From the IMG/VR virus record IMGVR_UViG_3300035529_000008, positions 1 to 47,746 of that record: DNA of 47,746 bases. One strand, written 5' to 3'. Position 1 is the stretch's first letter; the number at the start of each line of letters is the position of its first letter. Below are positions 9,801 through 18,543 of this stretch, piece after piece. Under the pieces are notes generated by a model. That model had not been told where the DNA came from. It ran no database searches and was given only the letters and a program-made list of their open reading frames with translations. Both the position numbers and the translations under genes were made by a program. The stretch is from a virus (Duplodnaviria > Caudoviricetes).

Positions 9801-10831
9801 GAAATCGAGGATCTGAAGCTATAGGTTATGATAGTACAGGTGGTACTTCTTATGGTAAGTATCAGATTGCTACAGCTACAGGAACTTTTGATAAGTTCTT
9901 AAGTTGGTGCGAATCACAACCTGGCGGTATGGAAGTAGCTGCTCGACTTCGTGCTGCAGGCGAAGCTAATACTGGAACTAAACACGGTAAAGTACCTGCT
10001 GAGTGGAAGAAGTTAGTACAAGAAGGTGCTATGGGTCAATTGGAACATGAGTTCATTAAGGAGACCCATTATAAGCCTGCACTGGATAAGATCAACAATA
10101 AAGAATTTGTTGAAAAGATAAAGAATAGTAAAGCCTTACAGGATGTTCTATGGTCTACTTCGGTACAACATGGAGCTTCTGGAGCTGCTAAAATATTCAA
10201 TAAAGCTTGGGACCCAAAATTGTCAGATGCTGATCTTGTAAGAACTATTTATAGTATCAGATCTACCAAATTTGGCAGCTCAACATCTAGAGTACGTGCT
10301 AGCGTTATGGCTCGATTTGAAAACGAAAAAGCCAATGCTATAGCTATGTTAGACCGTGCAGATCGTATGCGTACATCTGTAGCACAAACTGATACTACTA
10401 GTGCACCTATAAAGACTGAAAATAGTATTCAAACAGCTAGCTTACCTAAGACTACTCATTCTGAAATTAAAGCCAATCGTTCAGAAACTACAATCAGTAA
10501 GTCAGTAGATGAAGGTGATAAATTAGGAAGAATAGCACAAGCTACTAATCCCAATCTTACTCTTCAACCTGATACTAAAGTACATGAACTAAATACCAAA
10601 CAGATAGATATCTTAAATGTCATAGCAACAAATATAGAAAGACTATCAACTCAAGTAAAATCTTCACTTGGTGATGGTGAAGCATTTGATGAGATGAATG
10701 CTAACTTGAGAGCTCAATTGGAAAAAGAATCTACTATCAACATCAATAGTCCGATGGTCGCACAACAGTCTAATTCGCCAAAACGTCCCCCTTATAAGGG
10801 TGTAAATGTATCAAAAAGACCGTCTGCATAA
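3818..10831 (+). CDS. Giant tail-associated / tape-measure-like protein with C-terminal peptidoglycan hydrolase (phiKZ gp181-like)
   Basis: 2337 aa; motifs KSLELKYKHL, IKYNTALPDFVK, RRSIIEVIPGYLAKIL and GDTDGDGDREGS as recalled for gp181 homologues; Gly/Ala-rich hydrophobic region; lysozyme-like ARYESG...GGTSYGKYQI domain at about 9770-10352. Confidence 0.85.
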   Translation: MAHKDDIPEGVDNLDLDNLDKQTEVDSDFDFDFEEDQPKGDRQPIDDIKKGVSESLSDGFDLTKVGSNIDTKFPNTTKLISTATDTVSDIDRMRTDVVKDIAPTINQMKITGRRLLPKVKGILPENVYGKVYDKLKPKEEELNREDAIEKGRSEHVSQSIAAIFNAQQNQALEDKKEQKTTEYIDRSIGESRHSDITHLLSSVKSYARVRTEFTQTALRGYLMKSLELKYKHLYVAKDTLGITKALLKVIENKLESIKYNTALPDFVKKRSIEAFKEHQRNVLMGKATETIGDYTKNFRTKLMSNIGKKVKDTTNSLIGNLNTVNDMGDMYANMSDMNEEFGEKQSTLTKLSKFAGSTAIGMGIKKGINKATSVVGQYGGDVEKASEGVRRKAVYNINDYVKNSDNPIVNWLSDLIPTLEEERGNISKTLKDNALEEVPFDVLTRRSIIEVIPGYLAKILQQTTNIATGTSDTEELTYDLDSESFMGLSEAKSNMMHKIFGTAEDRKAEVEEGLQMLLGGYSAHGHDEGDVYDQIPELTKILTNIAKHGKNIDHKQIAKLARGDEYDSSYISSIFKDVENPDELAKVLTKAFYDTSGNRDIDVTEDLDAFTKRLAIDRDDKLLKELDQVGGLGNKQLFGDILDKDGKVDHSKIRSIYGDISDVDIDISGANRYKDKLLQNHAGRFNSEQNRREGTIRSEGAVDADRMDSEIYEQMFGKDSLYGDIDQPKQKVSDEEFLNNVYENDLVKEDLIDQLRKTGNLSKKDVTKLLSGKSEKTQEQIVELINQVKLSKMNAEFRASYDSGDDALFKDQDRRSESEIIEDFLKGTDAVAGVLKKASTKLTKSFSDFNNKVTEATGIDAKKTIVTTTKDLQSEAQQRLKDIDKSIAEATGIGISEKAHEGIDYTKKKGKEAQGYIKNNEMIQQGIKQGKSRAKNAFQHTDQAYKQLKKTELPDISDTVESTKQFASDKVKAGADHIKHEVTQNEFMNAYAYGEDSLFQKDDPRDVARAKTRQNIDETKNVVHTAVEHTLATLQEYEDKDYRKNKLDDLSNRFRSTYNRFMRKPATDEKDEVVDKTVDTLDKETVSKPEVKDTPHISGPGVYVQGSEHEMHIPLDESSIYWKQLDKIITQPITSSISELQKATVSTPAEDRDELLQIVREIRDTTVEYLPNVGTSSSDKGEGKISKARKTVFGTAKNVTLGTAELIHKLGSDAWKTSGNLAVGASKMIGNSLGGVGKGLGAIGSGMGSIIGSSADVYGNILKGAGSRIKSFLTPSSKKTEPTYINVYRKDEVEPGKPILTARKQRSGVVFEDGNILESTDDITEPIFDSESKEVLITQQDIEHGLVDINNEDIGKAVSKERKSAKGGGIIKKGLSMGLGGLGNIGNLLMGGAGSLGQMYKKMFDLSIGGLKGAGGIVKDKLFGGTKLNKATVQELVTDRLDNIIKILDTRLEKPISGDTDGDGDREGSYQDYMDKKKEKYGGKSTTSRFKRMRDSAKSKLAAAGGLLFGNRKKTDDDDEDGFDMSEVAAGGLGAKAGYDYLKKKFGKWFGKKGAEKTAKTASKTVLKKGATTAAKKSIFGRVGKSLLRNKKLAPLAALAAFAGMNIGDDDAEADTTDSVDLAEHLNQESDVDRDGIGGKTAALGAGTAAAAGLTTRAIAKKATAKSVDNFTTKSIGNGIDAGIQVGSKGIKAASKKLGTKSATQMGTKVVGKTVGKSLLKKIPLLGAVAGLGFGWDRLKDGDILGAVGEVASGVASIIPVFGTAASVAIDGLLLGRDIKNIKSDMDNSPSMQKLTTVRAEAYGIPLNKESLDNMLALEEWLIPLLEDPEPIDEDIMKGWAKKFGFDPDDEKHFNFFLVWMKRRFSPLLSQFYHLLKHGYEMDMNDMVDLNETQTKSIIAQFKKSSQDIVSKNSNLIPTIQGFKLRFDTSVKAERYRSRITTNQSYPSTVKNKTLPRTQQQSGFVPKTNPTIVTDDPMKLLHSRIGTLSARYESGNRGSEAIGYDSTGGTSYGKYQIATATGTFDKFLSWCESQPGGMEVAARLRAAGEANTGTKHGKVPAEWKKLVQEGAMGQLEHEFIKETHYKPALDKINNKEFVEKIKNSKALQDVLWSTSVQHGASGAAKIFNKAWDPKLSDADLVRTIYSIRSTKFGSSTSRVRASVMARFENEKANAIAMLDRADRMRTSVAQTDTTSAPIKTENSIQTASLPKTTHSEIKANRSETTISKSVDEGDKLGRIAQATNPNLTLQPDTKVHELNTKQIDILNVIATNIERLSTQVKSSLGDGEAFDEMNANLRAQLEKESTININSPMVAQQSNSPKRPPYKGVNVSKRPSA

Positions 10832-10858
10832 TCCAATACCAGATAAGGGGATAAACTT

Positions 10859-12856
10859 ATGGAATTGAATTCGTATTCATCAGATCAACTATTAGGAATA
10901 AATACATCTAGGGGAAATCCTGGATTTGATAATGTCTTTCCCGATAACGGCAATTGGGTAAAGTCTACATTTCTATTCAAAATGCAAAAAGAATTTGATA
11001 CATATAAAGAAATGTTAGAATATTCTTTAAGTGATGAACTATTTAGTAATAACTTAAAGCCACAGACTGAAACTAATATGCAAGGACTTATTGAAGATGC
11101 CGGAACTAGTGATACTGAAATCCCTAAAGAGATATTAGATAGAAAATATCGCGATACCTCTTTAGGGGGTAATGATGCTATCAATTGCTATTATCAGTTT
11201 TGTGAATTTGATGATATCATTCATCCTCACAATTCTTTAGGTTTTGATACAGGAAGACATGGAATGGGTAGAGTCTATAGTGAGACTATTGATGATAATC
11301 AACAGATTATGTATATGGGATTTGGTCTCGCTAACTTTACAGGTCTTAAAGAGTTTTATAGTAATGCCATCAGTAATGAGATAGCCGATATGATGAATGG
11401 TGGAAAGTTTCTATCTGCTAAACATATTGGTAGGTTACTAGGTAAGACTGCTGGAATTGTATTGACTCTCCCATTCGCACCTTTGATTGTACTAAAGAAA
11501 TGTTATGATATGCTACCTAATATCGATAAGCGACGAGTTACTAAATATTATGATATCCAATTAGAAATGGGATTGTATTATAAATGTGTGAATACCATGT
11601 TAGCGCATTTAGTTGTCAATTTAGGATTCGTTTCTCCTGAAGGTAAGGACTTAGGTAATGCTCAAAGTACTACTAAAGATCAATCTTACTATGAATTATA
11701 TAAAAATGATACTGGAGATAAAGGTGGATTACCTGAAGTATTTCAAAAGCATGGATTTGATATATTCTCCATTATGACTAAAAAATATCTATATAGTAAC
11801 ATTGGTGAAATTACTAACTATGATGATCTCAATTTAGATAACTTAGTTGAACGATATATGGAATTTGGAGATAGACGAACTCCTGAAGAAAAGGCTGAAG
11901 GATTTTCACCTTTTGATCTATTCTACAAATCAGTACTTAAAGCTAAAGGTACATTTGGTGCAGGTATCGCTGACGGTATGTCATATGTTGGATTCCGTAT
12001 TGAGAAATCCGTAGACAATACTGAAAGTATTTCCAATAGTACTGGAGAATCGTCTATTGCTAGTACACTAAATGGACGATCAAGCGAATCCCAAGAAACA
12101 AGGTTTAAATTCCAAAATGGAAAAACTGGATTTGGCATTATTGATTCATTTCTTGGTGCTACTACAGAAATATTTAAAGGTACATTAGGTGCAGTAGGGT
12201 TGGATGGACTTACTGGAATACTTAAAGGATCTGGACGAATTGATATTCCTGAAGTATGGAAGAGTAGTAGTTTTACTAAAACATATTCTTTCAACATGGC
12301 TCTTCGTTCCCCTTATGGTGATCCTGTATCTATCTTTCAATCTATATATGTACCATTAAGTATGTTATTAGCAGCAGCGTTACCTAGAGCTGTTGGATCA
12401 AATGCTTATACATCACCATTCTTAGTAAGTGCATATAGTAAAGGTATGTTTGCTATTCCTTTGGGAATGATTGATAGTATTACGATAAAACGTGGATCTG
12501 ATCAGCATGGTTGGAACTACAAGAGTTTGCCTACTAGTGTAGATGTATCTTTTAGTATAAAAGATCTATCTCCAGCTATGTATATGGGTATTGCAGGAAC
12601 TGAGAGTTGGTGGAATATCCTTGGTCAGAATTCAACATTTCAAGAATATCTGCTTACTCTATCCGGATCAAGTATGGCTGATAGATTATTGTGGCTAAGA
12701 ACTATGAAACGTCGACATGAAATCATAAAACAGGTTTGGAGACACAACAAACTCAATCCACACTCCTGGGGATTTTCTGCTAATGAAAGTAAGTTAGGTC
12801 GAATACTTTCTGCATGTAATCCTATATCCGATTTCGAAGGTGGACGTAATGGGTAG
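10859..12856 (+). CDS. Virion structural tail protein (phiKZ gp182-like)
   Basis: Motifs DTSLGGNDAINCYYQF, GMGRVYSETIDD, IDIPEVW, LRSPYGD, ALPRAVG, YTSPFL; follows the gp181-like gene. Confidence 0.8.
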   Translation: MELNSYSSDQLLGINTSRGNPGFDNVFPDNGNWVKSTFLFKMQKEFDTYKEMLEYSLSDELFSNNLKPQTETNMQGLIEDAGTSDTEIPKEILDRKYRDTSLGGNDAINCYYQFCEFDDIIHPHNSLGFDTGRHGMGRVYSETIDDNQQIMYMGFGLANFTGLKEFYSNAISNEIADMMNGGKFLSAKHIGRLLGKTAGIVLTLPFAPLIVLKKCYDMLPNIDKRRVTKYYDIQLEMGLYYKCVNTMLAHLVVNLGFVSPEGKDLGNAQSTTKDQSYYELYKNDTGDKGGLPEVFQKHGFDIFSIMTKKYLYSNIGEITNYDDLNLDNLVERYMEFGDRRTPEEKAEGFSPFDLFYKSVLKAKGTFGAGIADGMSYVGFRIEKSVDNTESISNSTGESSIASTLNGRSSESQETRFKFQNGKTGFGIIDSFLGATTEIFKGTLGAVGLDGLTGILKGSGRIDIPEVWKSSSFTKTYSFNMALRSPYGDPVSIFQSIYVPLSMLLAAALPRAVGSNAYTSPFLVSAYSKGMFAIPLGMIDSITIKRGSDQHGWNYKSLPTSVDVSFSIKDLSPAMYMGIAGTESWWNILGQNSTFQEYLLTLSGSSMADRLLWLRTMKRRHEIIKQVWRHNKLNPHSWGFSANESKLGRILSACNPISDFEGGRNG

Positions 12857-12885
12857 TAGTTAGAGAAATTAATACATCATATATA

Positions 12886-12920
12886 GAGAGTACTCTTCCT
12901 TATTAAGGAAGAGTACTCTC
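12886..12920 (+). terminator. Terminator-like hairpin
   Basis: gagagtactcttcctta-t-taaggaagagtactctc followed by ttatcttttc. Confidence 0.8.
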
Positions 12921-12980
12921 TTATCTTTTCTACCCATCTTATAGTTACATTCTACAATATATAATAAAAGGATTTAAAAA

Positions 12981-13127
12981 ATGTCTAAACATCGTTCCAA
13001 TAAATTTGAACAATTTATCTATTCTACCATTAAGAATACTTCGACAACAGATGTAATCTATATGATATCAGGAATTGTCGGAATAATTATATTATCAATA
13101 TTAGTCATTACTTCTATCTTTATTTAG
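12981..13127 (+). CDS. Small 48-aa single-pass membrane protein
   Basis: aagga RBS then ATG; MSKHRSNKFEQFIYSTIKNTSTTDVIYMISGIVGIIILSILVITSIFI*; below the ORF-track cutoff. Confidence 0.65.
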   Translation: MSKHRSNKFEQFIYSTIKNTSTTDVIYMISGIVGIIILSILVITSIFI

Positions 13128-13184
13128 AATTAAAAATATGACAAAGGTATTTTATATGAACGCATATATTACAAAGGAGATAAT

Positions 13185-16100
13185 ATGCAAAATAGTACTA
13201 TAGGTACAGAAAAATTTCAATATGGTACATTTTTACGCAAATATACATGTTTTAAAAGGGTAGATATTCCACAAAAGATCATTACACTAGATCAAGATAT
13301 ACAACTCCCAAATGGTGCAATTTTGCATCTCTTAGATAATATCTCGCAATTTAATGATTACAAAGATATCCCTAATATTTTTTCTAATCCTCTAATAAGT
13401 AATGAAGTATATAAAAAGTATATATATCACAATTCGTATATCCCTGATCCCAAAAATGATCTATTTGGTATCAATAAACCCTATAGGTTTATTTCGGCTG
13501 GGTTAAATAAATCACTTACAGATTTCAAGAAACAAAGAAATAAAATAACTCCAGTTTTAAATCTACGATCGACTATAGGAAAAAATAATGTTTTAACAGT
13601 CATAAATCATAACCCATTGTGGAGAGTTAAACTTATAGGAAAATTAAGTGAGTATTATAAGTTTGAAATTATATTTAGATCAATATTACAATTCATAACA
13701 ACTACTGTCGATATACAAAAACCTCAATATATTCATATACCTTTAAGTACAACGATATATCATAGAAATAGATATTTAATTCCTATTACAAAAGATATAT
13801 CACTTAATACTCTTAAGATACATGACGATTATACTTACTATTTCCTTATTCACTTTTTTAGTATATTCAATCCTAAATCTACTCTAGATCTAGTTACCAA
13901 GATCCCTACAGAAAAATATCCAGATATCAACTTTATATTTAGTATAAAAGATAAAGCTATCATCTATAATTTAGCAGATCTCAAATCGTTAATTATCGAT
14001 ACTGCTATGTATAGAAATCTTGAAAGACATATCAATACTCTAAAATTAATTGAAGTTGGTATCAAAGATGTAGATATAAATAAATTATCCGATGACGATT
14101 TTGAGTCATATGTAAATACAACATCTAAAGAACAAGAGAAATCTAAAGTTGCTTATTTGGATGAACTGGACAAAGATACTTCTCAATCTAAAGATCAAAA
14201 AGATAAAGAAGAAGATACCAGTACATCAAATGCACCAACAGAAGTACTCGAGTATCATAAGCAGATAGAAAAGATGACTACTGAGTTTATTGATCAGTTA
14301 GAAGATATTACTCCTGCACAAAAAGCTAGATGTAAGAAGTTAGCAGAAAAACATAAAGATATAACTATTGGTGATAAGAAAATTGGTGATATTGTAAATA
14401 CTCCCAATCCCGATATCAATGGAGTAACATTAGATTTTTTAAAAGATGATATAGCTGATCCATCTATGACTAAATCCTCTATAATCAATTTAGATAATAT
14501 GTATATGGAAACTATGTTTGAAAAAGATTTGGCACTTACTTTAACTTCTTTCTCTTCAGTAGGATTATTTTTAGTTGACTATAAAGAGACTGAACAGATA
14601 GATGAATTGTCAAAGATAAAATATAGTACAGCTACATATGAAGATATCAACGGGAAACGTCATACTATCAAGTTTAAATTTCCCATTGTCGATAAGAATG
14701 GGGTTATGGTAGTTAATGGAACAAAGAGTAGGATGAAGAAACAGCAGATCAATATCCCCATTTGTAAGATTAGCCCTACTCGAGTATCTTTAGTATCTAA
14801 CTTCAATAAATCTTTAGTAGAACGAAATGTAGCTAAAGCTCACGATTATTATAACTTTATTCACAATTACATAATCAATAAAGCTAACAAAGATAAGAAA
14901 CTTATCCATATCGAATACAATAAGAGTAATTATGGATCTACTAAATTACCATATGAGTATACTGCATTAGGTAAGCATTATGGATTCATCACTTTCAACA
15001 ATTACATGTTATCTTTTGATTACGAAAAACGATATGCTATCAATAATTATATCAGTAAACACATTGAAGAAATCAAAAATATAGAAGATCAATATGGTAT
15101 CCTATTTGGTACTACAGATGTAAACAATAAATTGATATTTATAGATACTACTAATGTAGTTAGAATTGTCGACATCTTAGCTAAAGAGATCGTTGAAGAA
15201 ACTACTATTGTTGATTTATTATTTGCAGTAACAGGTAACCCTGTACCGATGGTAACGGAGTGGGTAAATCTTAAAATTCTAGATAAAAATATCCCCATTA
15301 TCTTTGTATTGGCATACCGATATGGATTAACTAACATTTTAAAGTATATTGGTATGGATTATCAATTAATCGATAAAGGTACACGAATTAATAAATCGAC
15401 AAGTGATATCTTAATCCGATTTAATGATAAGACTTTAGTATTTAACAGATATCCACTTAACAAAAGTCTTATCGTGAGTGGACTATTACATTTCCAAACT
15501 AAAGATCTTGATTATGAATATTTTGATATAAAAGATGCATATTATGAATTATTAGTATCAAAAGGTATGAGTACAAACTATATCAAAGGTATAGATGATT
15601 ATTTCGATCTATTTATTGATCCTATTACTTATGATGTATTAAAGAGTATGGGAGAACCTACAAATACTAAAGATCTACTCATTAGAGCTACAAATATGCT
15701 GACTACTGAAGAGCATATAGATCCTGCATCTATGAAAAATCATAGGTTAAGATCATATGAACGATTTAATTCCACTTTATACAACGAAATGGCAAGACAA
15801 TATGCTGCAGTAAGAAGTAAAAAAGTTAAAGATAGTAAAGTATCTATCAATCCGGAAGCTACATTTCAGAGAATTATACAAGATCAAGCAGTTACTCTAG
15901 TAAGTGAAATTAATCCTATTCAAGATATTAAAGATACTACGTCATTTACTTATACAGGTATGGGTGGTCGAACTACAGAATCTTTTGTAGTTGAAGATAG
16001 AAAATACCCTGATGATGGTGTAGGTATCATATCAGAATCTACTCCGGATGGTGGAAAAGTATCTATTGTAGCATATACTACAATGGACCCTTCACTTAAA

Positions 16101-17345
16101 GATATTCGAGGGATGTATAGTGTAGATAAGGATAAACATACACCTACAGAATTATTGAGTGTGTCAGGATGTTTAATGCCTGGTGTAACTAATGATGATC
16201 CGAAAAGAAGTATGTTCTGTAATGGTCAGCTATCTCACCATATACCGTGTGAAAATAGTGAAGTCAGCAGAGTATGTACTGGATATGAAAAAATCATAGG
16301 TTATCATACATCTGATAAGTTTGCCCACGATGCTAAAGAAGATGGTACTATCATTGAAGTCAAGGATGGTATAGCTAAAGTAAAATATAAATCAGGAAAG
16401 GTAGAAGTTATTGAATTCGGAAAAATTCAAGCTATTGTAGATAGTTCTTATATTAATCAAAATATAGTATTGAATTGTAAGTTAGGGGATAAAGTAAAGA
16501 GGGGTGATATCTTAGCTTATAATACTGGGTTCTTTTCTCCCAATCAAGATAATCCAAAGTATGTAGACTGGAAACATGGAGTCTATACCAATATAGCTCT
16601 TATGGAAACTGACGATACTATAGAAGATAGTAGTACTATATCTAAACGATTAGGAAAACAATTAACTTCTACCCCATCATACTTACGAACTATATCCATC
16701 ACCAATGAAACTGTACTACATGAAATAGTTAATCTAAATGATTATGTTGAAGTAACTGATTATTTATGTACTTTTGAAGATCAAGATATCGCTGACTTGA
16801 GTATTATGAATAGTGGCGATGAAGAAAGTAAACAAATGATTGGAGATTTCAATAAGAAAACTCCTCGAGCTAAACATGCTGGATATATTGTTCATATGGA
16901 CGTATTGTATTCGTGTGACATATCAACTATGACTCCTTCATTAGCTAAATTTGTTAATAAGATCGTTGCTAAGAAAAATAAGAAAAGTAATTTTGCTAAA
17001 GATGCTGAAAATGGAATAGATTATCCTAAATCTAATAAAGTCGCTGTAGGTACTAAATTTAAAAATATTGAATTTGGTGCAGATACTGTAGTTATTATGA
17101 TTTACATATCCAAAGATATGCCTTGTGGAGTTGGAGATAAGATTGTATTCGATAGTAGCCTTAAGAGTGTTATTGGTAAGGTAATGCCTGAACCTATCAT
17201 GTCAGATGGTGGCATTGAGGTAGATGCATTATTTGGAAGTATGTCTATCTCTAATCGTATAGTTTTATCCCCACTACGACAAGGTCTCATCGAAAGGATC
17301 TTTGAAAAAGTAGAAACTGATATAGTAGATATATACTTTAAGTAA
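13185..17345 (+). CDS. rpoB: Virion RNA polymerase beta-like subunit (phiKZ gp178-like)
   Basis: Motifs PICKISPTRVSLVSNFNK, RLRSYERF, EINPIQDIK, GMGGR, ISESTPDGGKV, DDPKR, EDSSTIS, GVGDKIVF..LKSVIG, SNRIVLSP; aaggag RBS. Confidence 0.92.
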   Translation: MQNSTIGTEKFQYGTFLRKYTCFKRVDIPQKIITLDQDIQLPNGAILHLLDNISQFNDYKDIPNIFSNPLISNEVYKKYIYHNSYIPDPKNDLFGINKPYRFISAGLNKSLTDFKKQRNKITPVLNLRSTIGKNNVLTVINHNPLWRVKLIGKLSEYYKFEIIFRSILQFITTTVDIQKPQYIHIPLSTTIYHRNRYLIPITKDISLNTLKIHDDYTYYFLIHFFSIFNPKSTLDLVTKIPTEKYPDINFIFSIKDKAIIYNLADLKSLIIDTAMYRNLERHINTLKLIEVGIKDVDINKLSDDDFESYVNTTSKEQEKSKVAYLDELDKDTSQSKDQKDKEEDTSTSNAPTEVLEYHKQIEKMTTEFIDQLEDITPAQKARCKKLAEKHKDITIGDKKIGDIVNTPNPDINGVTLDFLKDDIADPSMTKSSIINLDNMYMETMFEKDLALTLTSFSSVGLFLVDYKETEQIDELSKIKYSTATYEDINGKRHTIKFKFPIVDKNGVMVVNGTKSRMKKQQINIPICKISPTRVSLVSNFNKSLVERNVAKAHDYYNFIHNYIINKANKDKKLIHIEYNKSNYGSTKLPYEYTALGKHYGFITFNNYMLSFDYEKRYAINNYISKHIEEIKNIEDQYGILFGTTDVNNKLIFIDTTNVVRIVDILAKEIVEETTIVDLLFAVTGNPVPMVTEWVNLKILDKNIPIIFVLAYRYGLTNILKYIGMDYQLIDKGTRINKSTSDILIRFNDKTLVFNRYPLNKSLIVSGLLHFQTKDLDYEYFDIKDAYYELLVSKGMSTNYIKGIDDYFDLFIDPITYDVLKSMGEPTNTKDLLIRATNMLTTEEHIDPASMKNHRLRSYERFNSTLYNEMARQYAAVRSKKVKDSKVSINPEATFQRIIQDQAVTLVSEINPIQDIKDTTSFTYTGMGGRTTESFVVEDRKYPDDGVGIISESTPDGGKVSIVAYTTMDPSLKDIRGMYSVDKDKHTPTELLSVSGCLMPGVTNDDPKRSMFCNGQLSHHIPCENSEVSRVCTGYEKIIGYHTSDKFAHDAKEDGTIIEVKDGIAKVKYKSGKVEVIEFGKIQAIVDSSYINQNIVLNCKLGDKVKRGDILAYNTGFFSPNQDNPKYVDWKHGVYTNIALMETDDTIEDSSTISKRLGKQLTSTPSYLRTISITNETVLHEIVNLNDYVEVTDYLCTFEDQDIADLSIMNSGDEESKQMIGDFNKKTPRAKHAGYIVHMDVLYSCDISTMTPSLAKFVNKIVAKKNKKSNFAKDAENGIDYPKSNKVAVGTKFKNIEFGADTVVIMIYISKDMPCGVGDKIVFDSSLKSVIGKVMPEPIMSDGGIEVDALFGSMSISNRIVLSPLRQGLIERIFEKVETDIVDIYFK

Positions 17346-17354
17346 TGTACATAA

Positions 17355-17385
17355 GGGGATAGAGGGATCATGTCCCTCTATCCTC
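17355..17385 (+). terminator. Terminator-like hairpin
   Basis: ggatagaggga-tcatg-tccctctatcc directly after the beta-like gene stop. Confidence 0.75.
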
Positions 17386-17453
17386 TCTTATAAATTTATA
17401 TCAAACACTAGTATCCTATAAATAACTTTATATATCTCCAGGAGAATAATGAT

Positions 17454-18269
17454 ATGATATCCGAAACTAAATCTCTCGAAACGATTGAAGCTGAAGATCT
17501 TAATGAATTTTTAAAAGTATTTAAAAAACGTTATGTCAATGAGAACAATACATTTATAGATTATATAGTTACCAACAAAGATACTTATACTAATGATAAC
17601 TCTGCAATTTCAGATACTATTATTGTATGTTATGTTCGTAATATCGAATTAGAAATACCGATCATTAAAGAAATGACATTTACTCAACATAGAGTAATTT
17701 CTAATGATGGTTGTATTATTCCAAATTATTTCATTCGTACAAATATAAACAATTGTATTAATGGAAAACTTAATATAGTTGAAGTTTCTGAAGCTGATAG
17801 AGAAATATCGAAATGTTTTCCGATGATGATACAAAGTCTTTTAAATGAATTTACTAGTTATCTGATTACAAAAAATATACATCCTTCTGAAGCATATAGT
17901 ACTATAACGTCGTCTCCAGTCACCAATACTTGTATGTATCTATCTCCAGATATTGATAAGAAAGATATCACGATTTGTTGGGGAAGTGTAAACCTTGTAG
18001 TAATCCACGACAAATATCAATTTACTTACTCGTGCAGAATACCTTACATTAAAGAACTTAAAGAGTATAAAAAGACTATAGTGAAATTGTGTGAAGTGAT
18101 GCAGAATATTGAAAAATATATAAGTATACGAGCTCTATTAGAAAAAGTATATTGTCATCGTAACAATCCAGAATATTGGCATACGTTTGTTGATGTATAT
18201 CCTGTACATGATAATAACCACAAAGAAATTGGACAATTCAGTATCAAAATAAATGTAGTGGATAATTAA
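17454..18269 (+). CDS. Hypothetical protein
   Basis: 271-aa ORF with aggag RBS. Confidence 0.75.
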   Translation: MISETKSLETIEAEDLNEFLKVFKKRYVNENNTFIDYIVTNKDTYTNDNSAISDTIIVCYVRNIELEIPIIKEMTFTQHRVISNDGCIIPNYFIRTNINNCINGKLNIVEVSEADREISKCFPMMIQSLLNEFTSYLITKNIHPSEAYSTITSSPVTNTCMYLSPDIDKKDITICWGSVNLVVIHDKYQFTYSCRIPYIKELKEYKKTIVKLCEVMQNIEKYISIRALLEKVYCHRNNPEYWHTFVDVYPVHDNNHKEIGQFSIKINVVDN

Positions 18270-18293
18270 AAATTATATACCATTATTATATAA

Positions 18294-18408
18294 GGGGTAT
18301 TGGTTGAAAATTTAAACATCCTCGACATCAATTACTTTAGATTTTCAACAAACGGCGCGCTAATAAAAAATAAAACCTCCATGCCGATAGCGTTCTCCCA
18401 ATCCCCCC
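18294..18408 (+). ncRNA. Candidate stand-alone structured small RNA
   Basis: Closing stem gggg(t)attgg/ccaatcccc; 14-bp hairpin gttgaaaatttaaa/tttagattttcaac with a G.U pair; crossed pairings cggc/gccg and cgcta/tagcg; followed by its own hairpin at 18423-18452. Confidence 0.5.
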
Positions 18409-18422
18409 GTATCTTTGTGCCA

Positions 18423-18452
18423 GGAGAGAGGTCCTATATAGGACCTCTCTCC
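18423..18452 (+). terminator. Perfect 30-bp palindrome, terminator-like
   Basis: ggagagaggtcctatataggacctctctcc. Confidence 0.75.
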
Positions 18453-18543
18453 AAATATATCTTTTTGTATCCTTATAAACTATCTTATAGGATTCTATAT
18501 TATCTAATAAATTGAAATATATAACATATGGAGACGTTTAGTT

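Noticed and set aside
3571-17371. Numerous 60-227-aa minus-strand ORFs inside large plus-strand genes, and similar shadow ORFs elsewhere in the window
   Set aside because: Antisense shadows of real genes, without RBS or recognisable motifs
18294-18408. tmRNA, SRP RNA or a known small ribozyme
   Set aside because: It starts with GGGG but is too short and lacks the TTCGA/CCA end, the SRP GGAA-loop motif and hammerhead-type cores
18300-18515. 71-aa ORF
   Set aside because: TTG start, runs through a 30-bp palindrome, and the sequence is better explained by RNA structure
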